From an uncultured delta proteobacterium (GTDB lineage: Bacteria > Myxococcota_A > Polyangia > Polyangiales > Polyangiaceae): DNA of 64,000 nucleotides. The notes under the pieces are model-generated. The model searched no databases, was not told where the DNA came from, and saw only the letters and a program-made list of their open reading frames with translations. Below are positions 10,246 through 20,842 of the stretch, piece after piece. Positions within the stretch are counted from its first letter, which is position 1; every line of letters begins with the position of its first letter. The stretch is from assembly GCA_963696385.1 (NCBI GenBank), contig CAVOKF010000004.1:64001-128000 (forward strand), read 5' to 3'. Position numbers and translations under genes: made by a program.

Positions 10246-10538
10246 TGTACGCGCTTGCTTGTTGGCGAAGGTTTCATCGGCGCTCCGTCATTCGACCGCG
10301 ACGCGGCACCGTGCGCAATCCTCGCCTGGTGCCGACCATCTCGAGGCGTTGCTCGGAGTCCCGTGGTGCCGCGCTCGGACGGTCCGACCTCCTTCGGAAT
10401 CGCCTGGCGGGCCTTCGCATCGCCAGACGCTTGTCCGCCGCCGTGCGTCTCAGCCATTCGCGACCGGCTTGCGACCGCCGTATTCGGCGGTTTTCTTAGT
10501 GCGCCCGGCAGGGCCAAAGCGCCGCCGACTCACGCGGG

Positions 10539-11087
10539 TTACTGGCAGGGGCAGCAGTAATAGCCGTTGCCCCCCGGGGTCCCTCCAACCCCGACGCAGC
10601 CCTCGGGCGGGTTCTGGTACGTCCACGTCACCTGGCCTCCGTCGGGCAGCGATGGTACCGGCGGCCCCCCGCACGAGACAGCGTACTGAGTCGGGGCGCA
10701 CTTGTTCGTGCACGTCGCCGTCCCCGTGCTTGAACTGCACCCCGAGCAACTTGTCGGGTCGCTCGAGATACAAAGCTGCGTCAGCCCCGATACGGGTCCC
10801 GACGGTCCCTCTCCCCCTCCGCTCGCTGACGGTCCCCCTTCGCATACGACCCCCACGGGATACTGGCACTCGACGAACGCGCGCCCGACGGTGCACGTGC
10901 CCGGCCCACCATCATCCAGGTATGCAGGCCAATTGCACTGGGCGCTTGATTTGCTCGGTTGGGTTGGTTCGCTGGACTGGCTGCCGTCCGCTGTGCCCGA
11001 CGTTGCGGTCGATCCGGTTTCCCCGCCACAGCTGAGCGTCCACGCGACGATCGTCATAAGCACCATCGAGGGGGGAGTCCTCAACAT
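10539..11087 (-). CDS. Cys-rich putative lipoprotein
   Basis: TLSCGG lipobox-like motif, Ser/Thr linker, many Cys, ends YYCCPCQ. Confidence 0.65.
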   Translation of the reverse strand: MLRTPPSMVLMTIVAWTLSCGGETGSTATSGTADGSQSSEPTQPSKSSAQCNWPAYLDDGGPGTCTVGRAFVECQYPVGVVCEGGPSASGGGEGPSGPVSGLTQLCISSDPTSCSGCSSSTGTATCTNKCAPTQYAVSCGGPPVPSLPDGGQVTWTYQNPPEGCVGVGGTPGGNGYYCCPCQ

Positions 11088-11282
11088 GGGCGAAGCGTAG
11101 CGCGCCGACGAGGCGCATCGCCATCGACAACGTTTGACCGAACATGAGCGTCCGCAGCCCGTCGCGTGCCGCTTGCAGAATGGTCCAGGCTCAACTCACC
11201 CAAGGGGTGCCATCTTCGCCGTCCGTCATGCAGTCGTTGGCGCCTGTGAATCGGTTAGACCTGCCCTGCAGGCCAGTCGCTC

Positions 11283-11468
11283 TTACGGGCGCAACACACG
11301 AAGCTTGACCGCCCTTGCGAGCGCCGCTTGACGCTCGTCGTAAGTTATGAGGGTGCGACAGCCGAGCTCCACGGCGCTGGCGACGTGCAGCACGTCAAGC
11401 GTGCGTGTGCCGACCACCGGCGTGTGGAGGCGGCTAAGCTCGGTCGCACGATGAGAGCGCGTCTCCAT
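11283..11468 (-). pseudogene. C-terminal remnant of a PIN-domain toxin
   Basis: RTLDVLHVASA..LITYDERQ with no N-terminal PIN part. Confidence 0.7.
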
Positions 11469-11760
11469 CTAACCGCTGGCGGGGGGCCCAGGGACCCGGC
11501 GCCCGAGCCGCCGTGACGCGGCCACCTGCTCGACCGCGCTACCCCGTCCTCGTCGCACGGAGAGATGTCGAGACCTGAGGTCTGCGCAGCTCTGCCACGG
11601 GCGGCCGCTCCCGGCCGAGCCTGGCGCGGGGCGAGTCGCATGAAAGACAATTGAACTCAAATAGTTACGTTCACTCGCGCCGCGTTCTTGTTGTCATCAC
11701 GTCATCATCACGTAGCCATGATGACTGGCCCGCGGGCACGAAGAGAATTATCTTTGGCGT

Positions 11761-11955
11761 ATGCCCCCCGCGCGAAAGCTCGACGCTCCCCCCGTCGCCG
11801 ACAGGCGCGAAGGGCTCGACGTGCCGTTGTCCGCGGAAGCTCGGGCCGCGCTGGACGCCGGGCTCGAGAGCGCACGAGCCGACCTCGCCAGCGGTCGGCC
11901 GTTGACGGCGTGGGCCGACTTCACCGCGTTCGCCGTCGGCGACGACGACGAGTAG
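11761..11955 (+). CDS. Small acidic antitoxin-like protein
   Basis: 64 aa, ARAALDAGLESARADLASGR; lies convergent with a RelE-like gene. Confidence 0.45.
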   Translation: MPPARKLDAPPVADRREGLDVPLSAEARAALDAGLESARADLASGRPLTAWADFTAFAVGDDDE

Positions 11956-11997
11956 TCGCTCACGGAAAGTCGACTTTCCGTCGATGCGCTGCGACCC

Positions 11998-12306
11998 CTA
12001 CGGGTGCGGCGTGATCGCGACGACGTAGATCCACCCGCGTGCCTGGGGCGGGTAGCAGAAGAAGATGCGGTACGCGCCTGGCGTCTTGTTCTGCGCGTAG
12101 GCCACGAAGAGCGTGCCGCCATGGGGGCACGTCTCGCCGACCATAGAGTGCACGTTCAGACCCCGGTGGTTCGGGTCGAGCTGAAGCCGCCCGAGCGCCT
12201 TCTTGACGGCCTTGAGCCGGCGGAACAGGCCGGCGTCGCTCTCGAGCGCCTCGAGCTGCTCCTTCGCAGCTGGGGAGCGGTCGAGTTGGTACGGAGGGGG
12301 CGGCAT
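11998..12306 (-). CDS. RelE/ParE-superfamily-like toxin
   Basis: 102-aa basic protein, VKKALGRLQLDP..PGAYRIFFCY..IYVVAITPHP. Confidence 0.6.
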   Translation of the reverse strand: MPPPPYQLDRSPAAKEQLEALESDAGLFRRLKAVKKALGRLQLDPNHRGLNVHSMVGETCPHGGTLFVAYAQNKTPGAYRIFFCYPPQARGWIYVVAITPHP

Positions 12307-12589
12307 GGCGAGATCAAGATAGCGGACGAGGTCGACGGCTCATTTTAGTGCTTCGCCACAGGCATGTCGGACCGGGCTGCGACCGTCGGCGACACGACCG
12401 TGGCCAAGGTGGGCCCGGCGGCGGTATCGGGCTACCGGGTTGGTGCGGAGCGACGGCGCATCGTTTCGAGTTCTTGGCGCATCGCCTGGCGCTCCGTGGC
12501 GAGAGCGGCGGCTGTTTCTGCGTTATCGGCTAATCCAAGTAACCGTGTCAGGTTCGTAATGGCTATTTCGAGCTCGACGAGGCGCTCCG

Positions 12590-12822
12590 GATTGCCATAC
12601 GATTGCCATACAGCGGGCTCATCTGGGGAGATTTGGGGGGGTCTCAGATCGTTGATCGGGCTTGTTTTTTCGATCGCCCATGCAATCGTGAATTCGTGGT
12701 CCGTTTGGAAATCATGTGTACCTGCAAGGGTACCGAGGGTTCGAATCCCTCTCTCTCCGCATAGTTAGACGCGATTGTCTGAGTTTTTACTTCGCTCGCG
12801 TGGGGCAATCCGTGGGGTAATC
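12590..12822 (+). mobile_element. attP-like site containing the 3' half of tRNA-Ser(GGA) at 12705-12759, with arm repeats on both sides
   Basis: TTGGAAA loop, variable arm and GGTTCGAATCC T-arm present, 5' half absent. GATTGCCATAC x2 at 12590-12611 and CGTGGGG(C/T)AATC x2 at 12799-12822. Confidence 0.85.
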
Positions 12823-13971
12823 GCAGATCTGCAATGGCCTCGTCGAGGGATTGCAGCGGGCCCAGCGCGAGCTCGGTCCACGTGCGCGCGGCGCGCCGAT
12901 ACCGATTGATCATGACGCTCGATCGATGGCCCGTTCGGTCCGCAACCCACGTTCGAACAGCGCGGGACGCGTCACCCCCGCGTCGTGAAGGTCGCGTCGG
13001 AGCTCGTCGGCCAAGTGAAACGTATAGAGCGAGGCGGAGCTGCCCGGCTCGCAGAAGACGAAGTCGTCCGGAGTCGCGTTCGGGTGGTGCACCGCCTTCC
13101 ACGTCCGCAAGGCGCGCGCGACGCCCGGATCGAGCGCCCAACCGCGCGGATCGTCGGTCTTGTTTTCATCGAGCATGATGTGCCCGCAGCCGAGATCGAG
13201 GTCCTTCCAGCGCAACCCGCCGAGCTCGTCGCGACGTAGGCCCTCGCGCGCGAGCATTCCGAAGAAGAGACGCCGGACGAGAGCCACCTCGCGGCACGCC
13301 AAGAGGGCGCGGTCCTCGTCGGGATGAAGATGCGTGAACGCCTTGCTCGGCTTGACCTTCGGCAGCCACCCGCGAGGAATGGGGTTTTCCTTGATGTGAC
13401 GCGCCGGGTAGACCGCCAGCGCCAGCACACGCCGCACGACCTGCACCACGTGACGGCGCGTCGAGGCCGACTTGCCCTCGGACATGTTCGCCATCACCAG
13501 CTCCGCGCCGTCGAACGTGAACGCGTCGAGCGGGATGTGCCCGACGTGAGGGTTTACGTAGAGCCGCAAGAACCGCTCGTCGGCCTCGTGCTTTTTGGGC
13601 GGCGCGTGGTCGGGAAAGCGCTGTTCGAGCTCGCCATCGGTCCACTGCTTGGCGAAGGCTGCAAACGTGGGCACGTCCACCTGAGCTTCGACCGTGCCCG
13701 AACAGAGGCCTTCGACCGCGGCCACGAACGTGTGCCAGGGTCGTCCGGATCGCGCTTTCGCGCCCAATTCAAGCATCTTGGGCACCTCGTCAAGGCGGCC
13801 GGCGCGTCGGCGCCGTGCCGCGACACGTGCCAATGCGGTCGTGCGTTCCTCGGCGGCGACCTCGACCGCGCACGTCGGAAGTACGAAGCGTCGCTCGCGC
13901 CCCTCCATGGTAATCCGGGCGGCGAAGCCGCTCGCGAGACGCCGGACTTCGCCTTTGGCCTCACGGGGCAT
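12644..13971 (-). pseudogene. Tyrosine integrase (Int C) with an internal deletion of the HxxR region
   Basis: GLRRDE and DENKTDDPR present; LFERG jumps in another frame to WVADRTGH..NRY, so HDLR is missing; that frame runs through the tRNA-Ser fragment. Confidence 0.85.
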
Positions 13972-14320
13972 GGCGGCTCCCGCGACTGCGCGCCCCTTCG
14001 CGCCCGGGACGACCGCCTCTCCATCGGCCCGACGAAACGTTGTGGCGAGGCCAGGGGGAAAGGACGACGTTATTCATGCTTCACTTCCCGCCGTTCCTCG
14101 ATGAATTGGTCCGCCGGGCGGCGCGAGGGCTCGTGCAAGCGCACTTCACCTTTGGGACCAAGGGAGGCGGTCTCGGCGGGAAGAGGCATGAGCATGCCGG
14201 TCACCATCGCACGAGCATAAAGCGTTTCCCCGCCCTTGCCCCATCCCTGTCTCATCGCAGTCCGCAGGGATGTCAGCGGGATCGTGCGACGCCCGGCGAA
14301 GAATTGCGGCGGTTGAGCCG

Positions 14321-14686
14321 TCAGTGTCCGACGGGCAACCTGCGCAGGCGGTAGCGCGTGTCCTCGACGCTCACGATCGCTCCCGCGTCGAGTGCGCCGG
14401 CAGCGTTCTCGAGGACGACGGCGAGGCGCGCGATTAAATGGTCCGTACGCGTATTGCGAAGTCGAAAGACGATGGCGCTCGTCTTCGACTGCGAAGTCGA
14501 CACGATTTCGGTGAAATCGAGATCCCAAGTGAGCACGATGCGGTCCTCGGCCCGTGCCTTGGCGAAGATGGCGTCGTCGGCAAGTCGATGGAGGCCTTGG
14601 TCGCGAAGGTGCACGGCGTCGTGTCCGTACTCGATCAGCCAATGCACCACGCGCGGGCCCACACCCATGTCGACAAGAAAGCGCAC
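14321..14686 (-). CDS. DUF5615-family PIN-like toxin
   Basis: MRFLVDMGV..GHDAVHLRD..DDAIF..RIVLTWDLDF. Confidence 0.88.
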   Translation of the reverse strand: MRFLVDMGVGPRVVHWLIEYGHDAVHLRDQGLHRLADDAIFAKARAEDRIVLTWDLDFTEIVSTSQSKTSAIVFRLRNTRTDHLIARLAVVLENAAGALDAGAIVSVEDTRYRLRRLPVGH

Positions 14687-14689
14687 GGG

Positions 14690-14908
14690 CTACTCGGCCG
14701 AATGAACCTCTTCCGTCGTGAGCCAGGCCGCGTACTCCAGGGCTTGGCGGACGTCCTGCTCTTCGAGATCCGGATGGTCCCTAAGAACCTCCGCAGTGCT
14801 CGCCCCGTGCGCAATCGCGCCTACGATGACCGAGACGGGAATACGCATCCCGCGGATGCACGCGCGGCCTCCGAGAACGTGCGGTTGGAACGTGATGCGG
14901 TCGAACAT
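14690..14908 (-). CDS. DUF433-family antitoxin
   Basis: RIT..P.VLGGRACIRGMRIPV..DVRQALEYA. Confidence 0.9.
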   Translation of the reverse strand: MFDRITFQPHVLGGRACIRGMRIPVSVIVGAIAHGASTAEVLRDHPDLEEQDVRQALEYAAWLTTEEVHSAE

Positions 14909-15007
14909 AACGGACGCATTCACTGTAGCACCGCGGCGGCGTGACATCGGCCACCCTAGAGCCGCTCATCGGTATACGTCCCGAACCGGCGCACCGGTCA
15001 CTCCGCG

Positions 15008-15027
15008 CTTCTTCGCGTCGTTCTACA
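15008..15027. mobile_element. Orphan IS21-type end matching the end of the 25118-28880 element
   Basis: CTTCTTCGCGTCGTTCTACA versus GTTCTTCGCGTCGCTCTACA at 28861-28880 (18/20). Confidence 0.65.
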
Positions 15028-15303
15028 CTTCCTCGACCTGCTGCGGGATTTCCCGTTGCCCAGGCCATCGATTCGCATCCAAATCTGGGCCACTCCCTGA
15101 GCCGTTCCCGACCGAAGAGCCGGATGGTGGCAATCTCCTTGTCCGGATCCGAGAGGGCCCCGGCTGGTCTAGCACACCGGCCGGGGCTACTCGACAGGGT
15201 CGCGTTATGAGCCGACACGCCTTGCTTTGGCTACTCGCCGACAGGATACTCATTTGCTCAATTGGCGGATCAGCCTGCGGAGCGTGCGTCGCCGCTGCCG
15301 TCG

Positions 15304-15645
15304 TCACTCATCCTTGAACTCTCGCTCCGACCAGTAGCCGGGTCGGCGCCTCGCATGGGCGAAGGCGAGCAGGTGGGGCTCGCCTTCGCGAAGGTAGTAG
15401 AAGGCCACAAAGGGAAACGGTCGCGGGTACACGACCTTGCGCACCTCGACAAGCAGTGGCCCGGACCAAGAGGGGCCCGTGACCGAGATGAGCCCGTGTC
15501 TTTGGAACTGCCGGGGAGCCTCGTCGATGTGATCGATCACCCGCAGGGTAGCGCGCTCGAAGCGATCGCCGACTCGAGGGTCGAGCTTCGTGTAGTGCCG
15601 GACCGCGCGCACGGCCTCCCGTGCGGCGTCGGGATGGACGCGCAC
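15304..15645 (-). CDS. ParE/RelE-family toxin
   Basis: VHPDAARE..HY..FPFVAFY..LLAFAHARRRPGYW. Confidence 0.85.
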   Translation of the reverse strand: MRVHPDAAREAVRAVRHYTKLDPRVGDRFERATLRVIDHIDEAPRQFQRHGLISVTGPSWSGPLLVEVRKVVYPRPFPFVAFYYLREGEPHLLAFAHARRRPGYWSEREFKDE

Positions 15646-15655
15646 TGGGAAGCGC

Positions 15656-15886
15656 TCAGCGGGCCCGGAGCTGCGTGACGAACTCCTCTTTCGTGAGGAG
15701 CTTCGCTTCCCCGCGCTCAATCTGCTCCATTCGGTTTGAGAGCTCGCCGTTCCACGCGTGTTCCCACTCGGCAGGGCTCAGCGTCTCGGCAACGTCGAGC
15801 TCGTCGCGCAGCTCGTCGCGCTCGGCTTCGTCGAGCTCGGATACGAGTTCCAGGATGGCGCGCACGCGCGAAGACGAAGCGGGCAT
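15656..15886 (-). CDS. Addiction-module antitoxin
   Basis: AWNGELSNRMEQIERGEAK; lies directly upstream of the ParE-like toxin. Confidence 0.8.
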   Translation of the reverse strand: MPASSSRVRAILELVSELDEAERDELRDELDVAETLSPAEWEHAWNGELSNRMEQIERGEAKLLTKEEFVTQLRAR

Positions 15887-16342
15887 GGACCAAAGCGTGC
15901 CTCGGGGAGGGCGGCATGTCCAGCAGACCCTGGTGCCGCCCCCGGTGAGCGGCCCACCGTCGGGGCGAGCCGCGGGCTTGTCCTACGTGCGCGCGTACGT
16001 CGTCCACCGTGCAAGAAAAGAAGCAACACTCCTTTTGCTCATTCACTCAGAAGATCAGCCAAAGCGGCGAGCCAAGAGGCTGCCGACCCGGTCGAAGACC
16101 GCGCCGAACTTGTCGTCGCGGTCGCGGACGATGGACCGCGGTCCCGTTCCGAAGGCCGTTGCGCTTCGCGTTTTGTCCGTTGACCGGACGTTGCCATGCT
16201 GATCTCAAATCGCGTGATGTCGCGTGACGACCCCTGATGCTGCGATGGCGACGAATCCCACGTCTTTTCATGGTGTTTTGAATAAATACCGATATTTACG
16301 AAGCTAACCGAAATAAGGCTTTTCTCAACTCATAACCAGAAG

Positions 16343-16982
16343 ATGTACCTGACGTCGCACGACGAGGAGTTTCGCGAGAAGCGCGATGACGTGTTGCGCC
16401 TCTACTACGAGACGCCCACCGACGAGCACATTATCTGCCTCGATGAGAAGACGGGCATCCAGGCGATCGAGCGCCGCTACGCGGACATCCCCATGCAGTC
16501 CGGGCAGCCGGTGCGCCGCGAGTTCGAATACATCCGTCACGGCACGCTCTGCTGGATGGGTGCATTCGACGTGCGTCGCGGTCGCCCCTTCGGCTTCGCC
16601 TCCTGCGACCACAACAGCGATACCTTCATCGACCTGCTCGATCTCGTGAACCTCTGCTACCCGGCCGGGCGCGGGCACTTCGTGATGGACAACCTGTCCG
16701 CCCACGACACGCCCGACGTCAAACGAGTGGCTCGACGAGCACCCGCGTTGGACCCGACACTTCACGCCCAAGCACGCATCGTGGCTCAACCAGATCGAGT
16801 GCTGGTTCTCCATCCTTCAGCGACGCGTGATCGCTCGAGGTTCCTTCTCCTCGACCGCGCAACTCGCCGAGCGGCTCAACGCCTACGTCCTCTGGCACCT
16901 GCGCACTGACCAGCCCTTCCACTGGTCCTACCGCCCCAAGTCGTGGGGCGAATCCGGTGGGACTTCCGCCGAGCGGAACTAG
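16343..16982 (+). pseudogene. IS630-family transposase fragment (5'-truncated, frameshifted near 16720)
   Basis: CLDEKTGIQA, EFEYIRHGT, VMDNLSAH, then HFTPKHASWLNQIECWF in a shifted frame; ends ACTAG. Confidence 0.85.
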
Positions 16983-17418
16983 CTACTAGCTTAGGCGTGG
17001 ACTCGGCTACGAGCGGGCTCGTGGCCGCCTCGGCATGCGAGGTGTCGGCGAGTAGTCGGGGCTGCGAAGCGTACACAGCGGGCGCGCAGGCCGTGCAAAG
17101 AGCCTCGAAATCCGTCTCTTCGCGGAGGCCGACGCGTTCTGAAACGCGGAAGGCAGCGTCGACGTGGCCGCAAAGTCGGGCGAGCCCGAAGGCCTGGCCC
17201 GTCGACTCTGCCGGGGTGAACAGCAGGGCATGCCTACGGCCACGCGAAACGGCTGTCCAGACGTCCGGCGCCATCCGATTTGGGTCCGGCTCCACTCGAG
17301 TCGAGAGCGTTGGTTGATCGCGTATCCGAGCGGCGAGTAGCCAGTCGAAAGGGTATCGGTCAACGAAGAGCCGCCGGAAACCGCCGCGGTCACATATCGC
17401 ATCTTTATCGCATCTTAG

Positions 17419-18273
17419 GTGCGTCCGTTGTCATTGAAAGTGCAGCGAAGCTAGCTGCCGTTCTTGCAAGTGAAAGTCTTGCCGATGGAATCAACCAGTT
17501 ACCATCGTAGTTATACCCAGCGCCGTGAAGGGCGATCGGATCGGCGAAAGCCTGGGAGTAAAAGCCCCCGTCGGCTGTCTGCAGGCCGGATCCACACAGG
17601 GGGGCGAGCCAGTCGTCAGGTCGTAGCGAAAGCGAACCGTACAAGCCTCGAAATCAACGGCGCGGCTGAAGTGGATGCCGGGAGTGTCGAGAGCGCCGAG
17701 CCGTTTTTCAGTCGGCGAAGGCCAAAGTCGTCGGTGAAGAACTGGTTCATGCAGCCGACGAGCTCTCCGGGGTCGCAGGGGACGACATGACGGCACAGAA
17801 CGGTCAGCAAAAGCTCGGAACCACTCGCGGGCAGCCCAGGCGCACCCGCACAGCAAAGGCATCGCGTATAAGCCGCCGAGCGGCGAAGTCGCGATGTGCC
17901 GGCGAGTGGGGCGGATGGGGCCGAATAAGCGTTGATGGACCGGGACACTATAACCCGGACCGGAGCGAGGGCCCCTGGGGTAGAGCGGGGTTTGCCGCTC
18001 GAACAGCGGTACTCCACCCGCCAGCGTCCCTCGACACAGAGCGAGGACCGGCGACTGGCTTGGAGAGTACGAAGGGCGCAGACAAACCGCGCGAGGCGAC
18101 GGGAATGCCAGGTGCAGGCTTAACCGGAGTTGCGTGCGGGCAGGTCCCGCCTGACAAGCTGGCCTTCGAGCCGTACTGGGGAAAACTCGCCGTACGGAAT
18201 CTTAGGGGGGGCGGGAGGAAACGGGAGCACGGCTGCCGCTAAACGGGCACGAAGCGGGAAACCGGCGACACCC
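17419..18273 (+). ncRNA. ORF-less group II intron, 3' end of domain VI apparently missing
   Basis: GTGCG 5' end, domain I- and III-like segments, 34-nt domain V GAGCCGTACTGGGGAAAACTCGCCGTACGGAATC at 18168-18201 followed by a G-rich DVI start; no RT ORF. Confidence 0.8.
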
Positions 18274-18383
18274 GCGTGGGGCATGATCGATTCGGCGAGG
18301 CGCAGAGGGCGGCGGGACTGGACGAGGCGGACTTCGTAGACGGGGATTTTCGTAAGCGGAACTTTGGGGGCTGTCGTGTCCAT
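18274..18383 (-). pseudogene. N-terminal fragment of a RadC/JAB-like gene
   Basis: KIPVYEVRLVQ resembles short RadC N-termini; the ORF runs into the intron end. Confidence 0.45.
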
Positions 18384-18578
18384 CGGGGGAACCTGCTTGG
18401 GTTGGCTTCGAGCCGGTGGCTTCCGGCCCGTTCGCATCAAGCGGGACGCCGCGACGCTCCTCGGCATGACGGGCTGCATTTCCGGAGGGCTCCCGCGTGC
18501 GGGAAACCGCGAGGCCCGGAAGGCGCTCGTCGAGATCGAGGCGCGCGTTCAGGCAAGGGCAAGGGGGCTTAAGCCTCA

Positions 18579-19677
18579 ATGAGCAACGACCTCCCCTCTC
18601 CTCTCTCTGCCGAAGCCTCGACGAAGGCGGAACCGCCATCGACGGCGCTCGCGGGGCCGGGTGCGGTCGTCATCCGCGCGCCGGGCGGGTTCGCGATGGC
18701 GCTTCCGGCGGTCATCGCCGACGCCGGCGAGCAGGCAGCTACGACGTTCGAGTTTTTTACGGCGCGGATTCCGAACGCGCACACGCGCCAGGCCTACGGC
18801 CGCGCGGTGGCGTCCTTCTGCGAGTGGTGCGAGGCTCACCGCGTCACCCTGCGCTCCCTCGACGCGCCGACCGTCGCCGCCTATCTCGGCGAGCTGCGCA
18901 ATGCGGATGGGGATGGCGATGGGCTGTCTCTCGCCTCGGTCAAGCTCACGGCCAGCGGCTTACGCCACTGGCTCGACTTCCTGACCGAGCGCGGCGTGCT
19001 GCCGTTCAACCCTTCCCTCTCCGTGCGCACCGATCGGCTCGTCGTGACCGAGGGCAAGACCCCGGTCATGGAACACGAAGAAGCCGCGAGCGCTCTTTGC
19101 CTCGCTCGATGCGATCGCCGCCGCGGGAGGCGACCTGCTCGCCCTGCGTGATCGCGCGATGTTCGCGGTGATGTTGTTTGGGTTCGTGCGCCTGAGCGCC
19201 GTGTGCCGGATGCTCGTGCGCGACTTCGAGGACGAGAGCGCGACGGCCTGGCTCGTGCTCCATGAAAAGGGCGGCAAGGAGCGACGAATCCCCTGCCATC
19301 ACCAGACGCGCGAGTATCTGCGCGCCTACATCGAAGCCGCCCGATTCAACAGGCCGCCTGCGGGGGGCGAAGCCTCGCAGAGGCGTAGTCCCCTGTTCCA
19401 GAGCGCGCCGGGGCGCACGGGGGCGCTCTCCGGCAAGCCGATCGCCAGCGGCAAGGTCTGGGAGGCGGTCAAGCGGCGCTGCAAGGCGGCGGGCCTGCCC
19501 TCCTCCATCTCGAACCATTCGTTCCGGGCCACGGGCATTGCGCTGCACCAGGAGAATGGCGGTAGGCTCGAAGATGCCCAGGCCCTGGCCGGGCATGCCG
19601 ATGCGCGCACCACGCGGCTCTACGTCCGCAAGGAGCGCAAGGTCGCCCAGGCCGAGGTCGAGAGAGTACAACTGTGA
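18579..19677 (+). pseudogene. XerC/D-like tyrosine recombinase with a +1 frameshift near 19085 (possibly a sequencing error)
   Basis: N-terminal NAHTRQAY; RDRA..VRLSA, EKGGK, HSFRATG, GHAD..TTRLY. Frame break at EHEEA|RALFASLD. Confidence 0.85.
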
Positions 19678-19974
19678 GCGTGGACGTCATCACTATCGCG
19701 TTAGGGAGCCTCGCCGTTTCCGCCGTGTCTCTCGGGGTGTCGGCGACGAATGCCTGGCTGACGCTCTGGCGCGGAAACGCGTCGGTTTCATGGGCACATC
19801 GACAACGCGCGACCGCCCGACCCTTCGCCGCTATTCCTCGTCGCGGAGCTCCCCAAAGGAAACCGAGAACCGGTCCACGAGATCGAAGCCGAAAAGAAAA
19901 CAACGCCGTGACACACTTCCTCAAGCGCCCGTAGCCGCCATGTCGCCCTGGCTGATATCGACATTGCCGTTGTT

Positions 19975-20427
19975 TTGCCGTTGTTAGGTATAGTCGTCGG
20001 AGCGATCCTCCAGTTCTTGCTGTCCAAAACGCATGAGGCGGAGAAGCAACGCCAATCCTTGCGCGTTGCAGCGTACGTTGACTACCTGCGCGGCGTCACC
20101 ACGACGAGTCAAGCGCAAAAACGCGGAGACAAGCCGGAAGAGGCGAAGGGCAATGCGTTGATGGCCGATGCAAAGGCCAGAATATGCGTGTACGGCACGG
20201 ACGAAACCGTCAAAGCGTTGGCCGAATTTTCGAGAGTCGGAGCTAAGCTATCCACGCGCGAGGGAGTGGATGCGTTCTTATCGTTCTGCGTGGAAATGCG
20301 CCGCGAAATGAGAGGCGGGGATTCCCCCAGGGACGACATTGCACGGGTGCTGTTCAACACCACAATCGCTGACTTTGCGCCACGCGGCGCAGCCGCTGAC
20401 TCCGAGGTGCCGAAGAAGCTCGTGTGA
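19975..20427 (+). CDS. Hypothetical membrane-anchored protein
   Basis: N-terminal TM segment, helical body, lower GC than the surroundings. Confidence 0.6.
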   Translation: MPLLGIVVGAILQFLLSKTHEAEKQRQSLRVAAYVDYLRGVTTTSQAQKRGDKPEEAKGNALMADAKARICVYGTDETVKALAEFSRVGAKLSTREGVDAFLSFCVEMRREMRGGDSPRDDIARVLFNTTIADFAPRGAAADSEVPKKLV

Positions 20428-20521
20428 ATCCCCCCAAGAGCTTCACGCGAGCATCGTTGGCGTGCCTCCTATGCGCACCGGCAGAGACTTGACGTTGCTG
20501 CAGCGAAACTGTACAGTCTAG

Positions 20522-20842
20522 ATGTATTTACTGAGTAGTTCCATGCAGACCGGCAAGAACAGCAATCCCATTGTCGTCTCGGCTCTCTCGGTCCGCACCG
20601 GCTTCGGCAAGCTGTTGCGCCGGGTCGAAGACGAGCACCGCTCCCTCGTGATCGAGAAGCGCGGCACGCCCAAGGCGGTGCTGCTCAGCATCCGCGACTA
20701 CGTGCGCCTTGCCACCCCCGAGCCGGAAGTGCTCCGGGTGATCGGCGAGGAATCCAAGCGCAAGGGCACCGACAAGCTCACTTCGCGGCAGATCGACCAG
20801 ATCATCGCATCGGCGCGCGGCAAAAAATCCAAGCGCGGATGA
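20522..20842 (+). CDS. Phd/YefM-family antitoxin
   Basis: VRTGFGKLLRRV..LVIEKRGTPKAVLLS. Confidence 0.85.
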   Translation: MYLLSSSMQTGKNSNPIVVSALSVRTGFGKLLRRVEDEHRSLVIEKRGTPKAVLLSIRDYVRLATPEPEVLRVIGEESKRKGTDKLTSRQIDQIIASARGKKSKRG

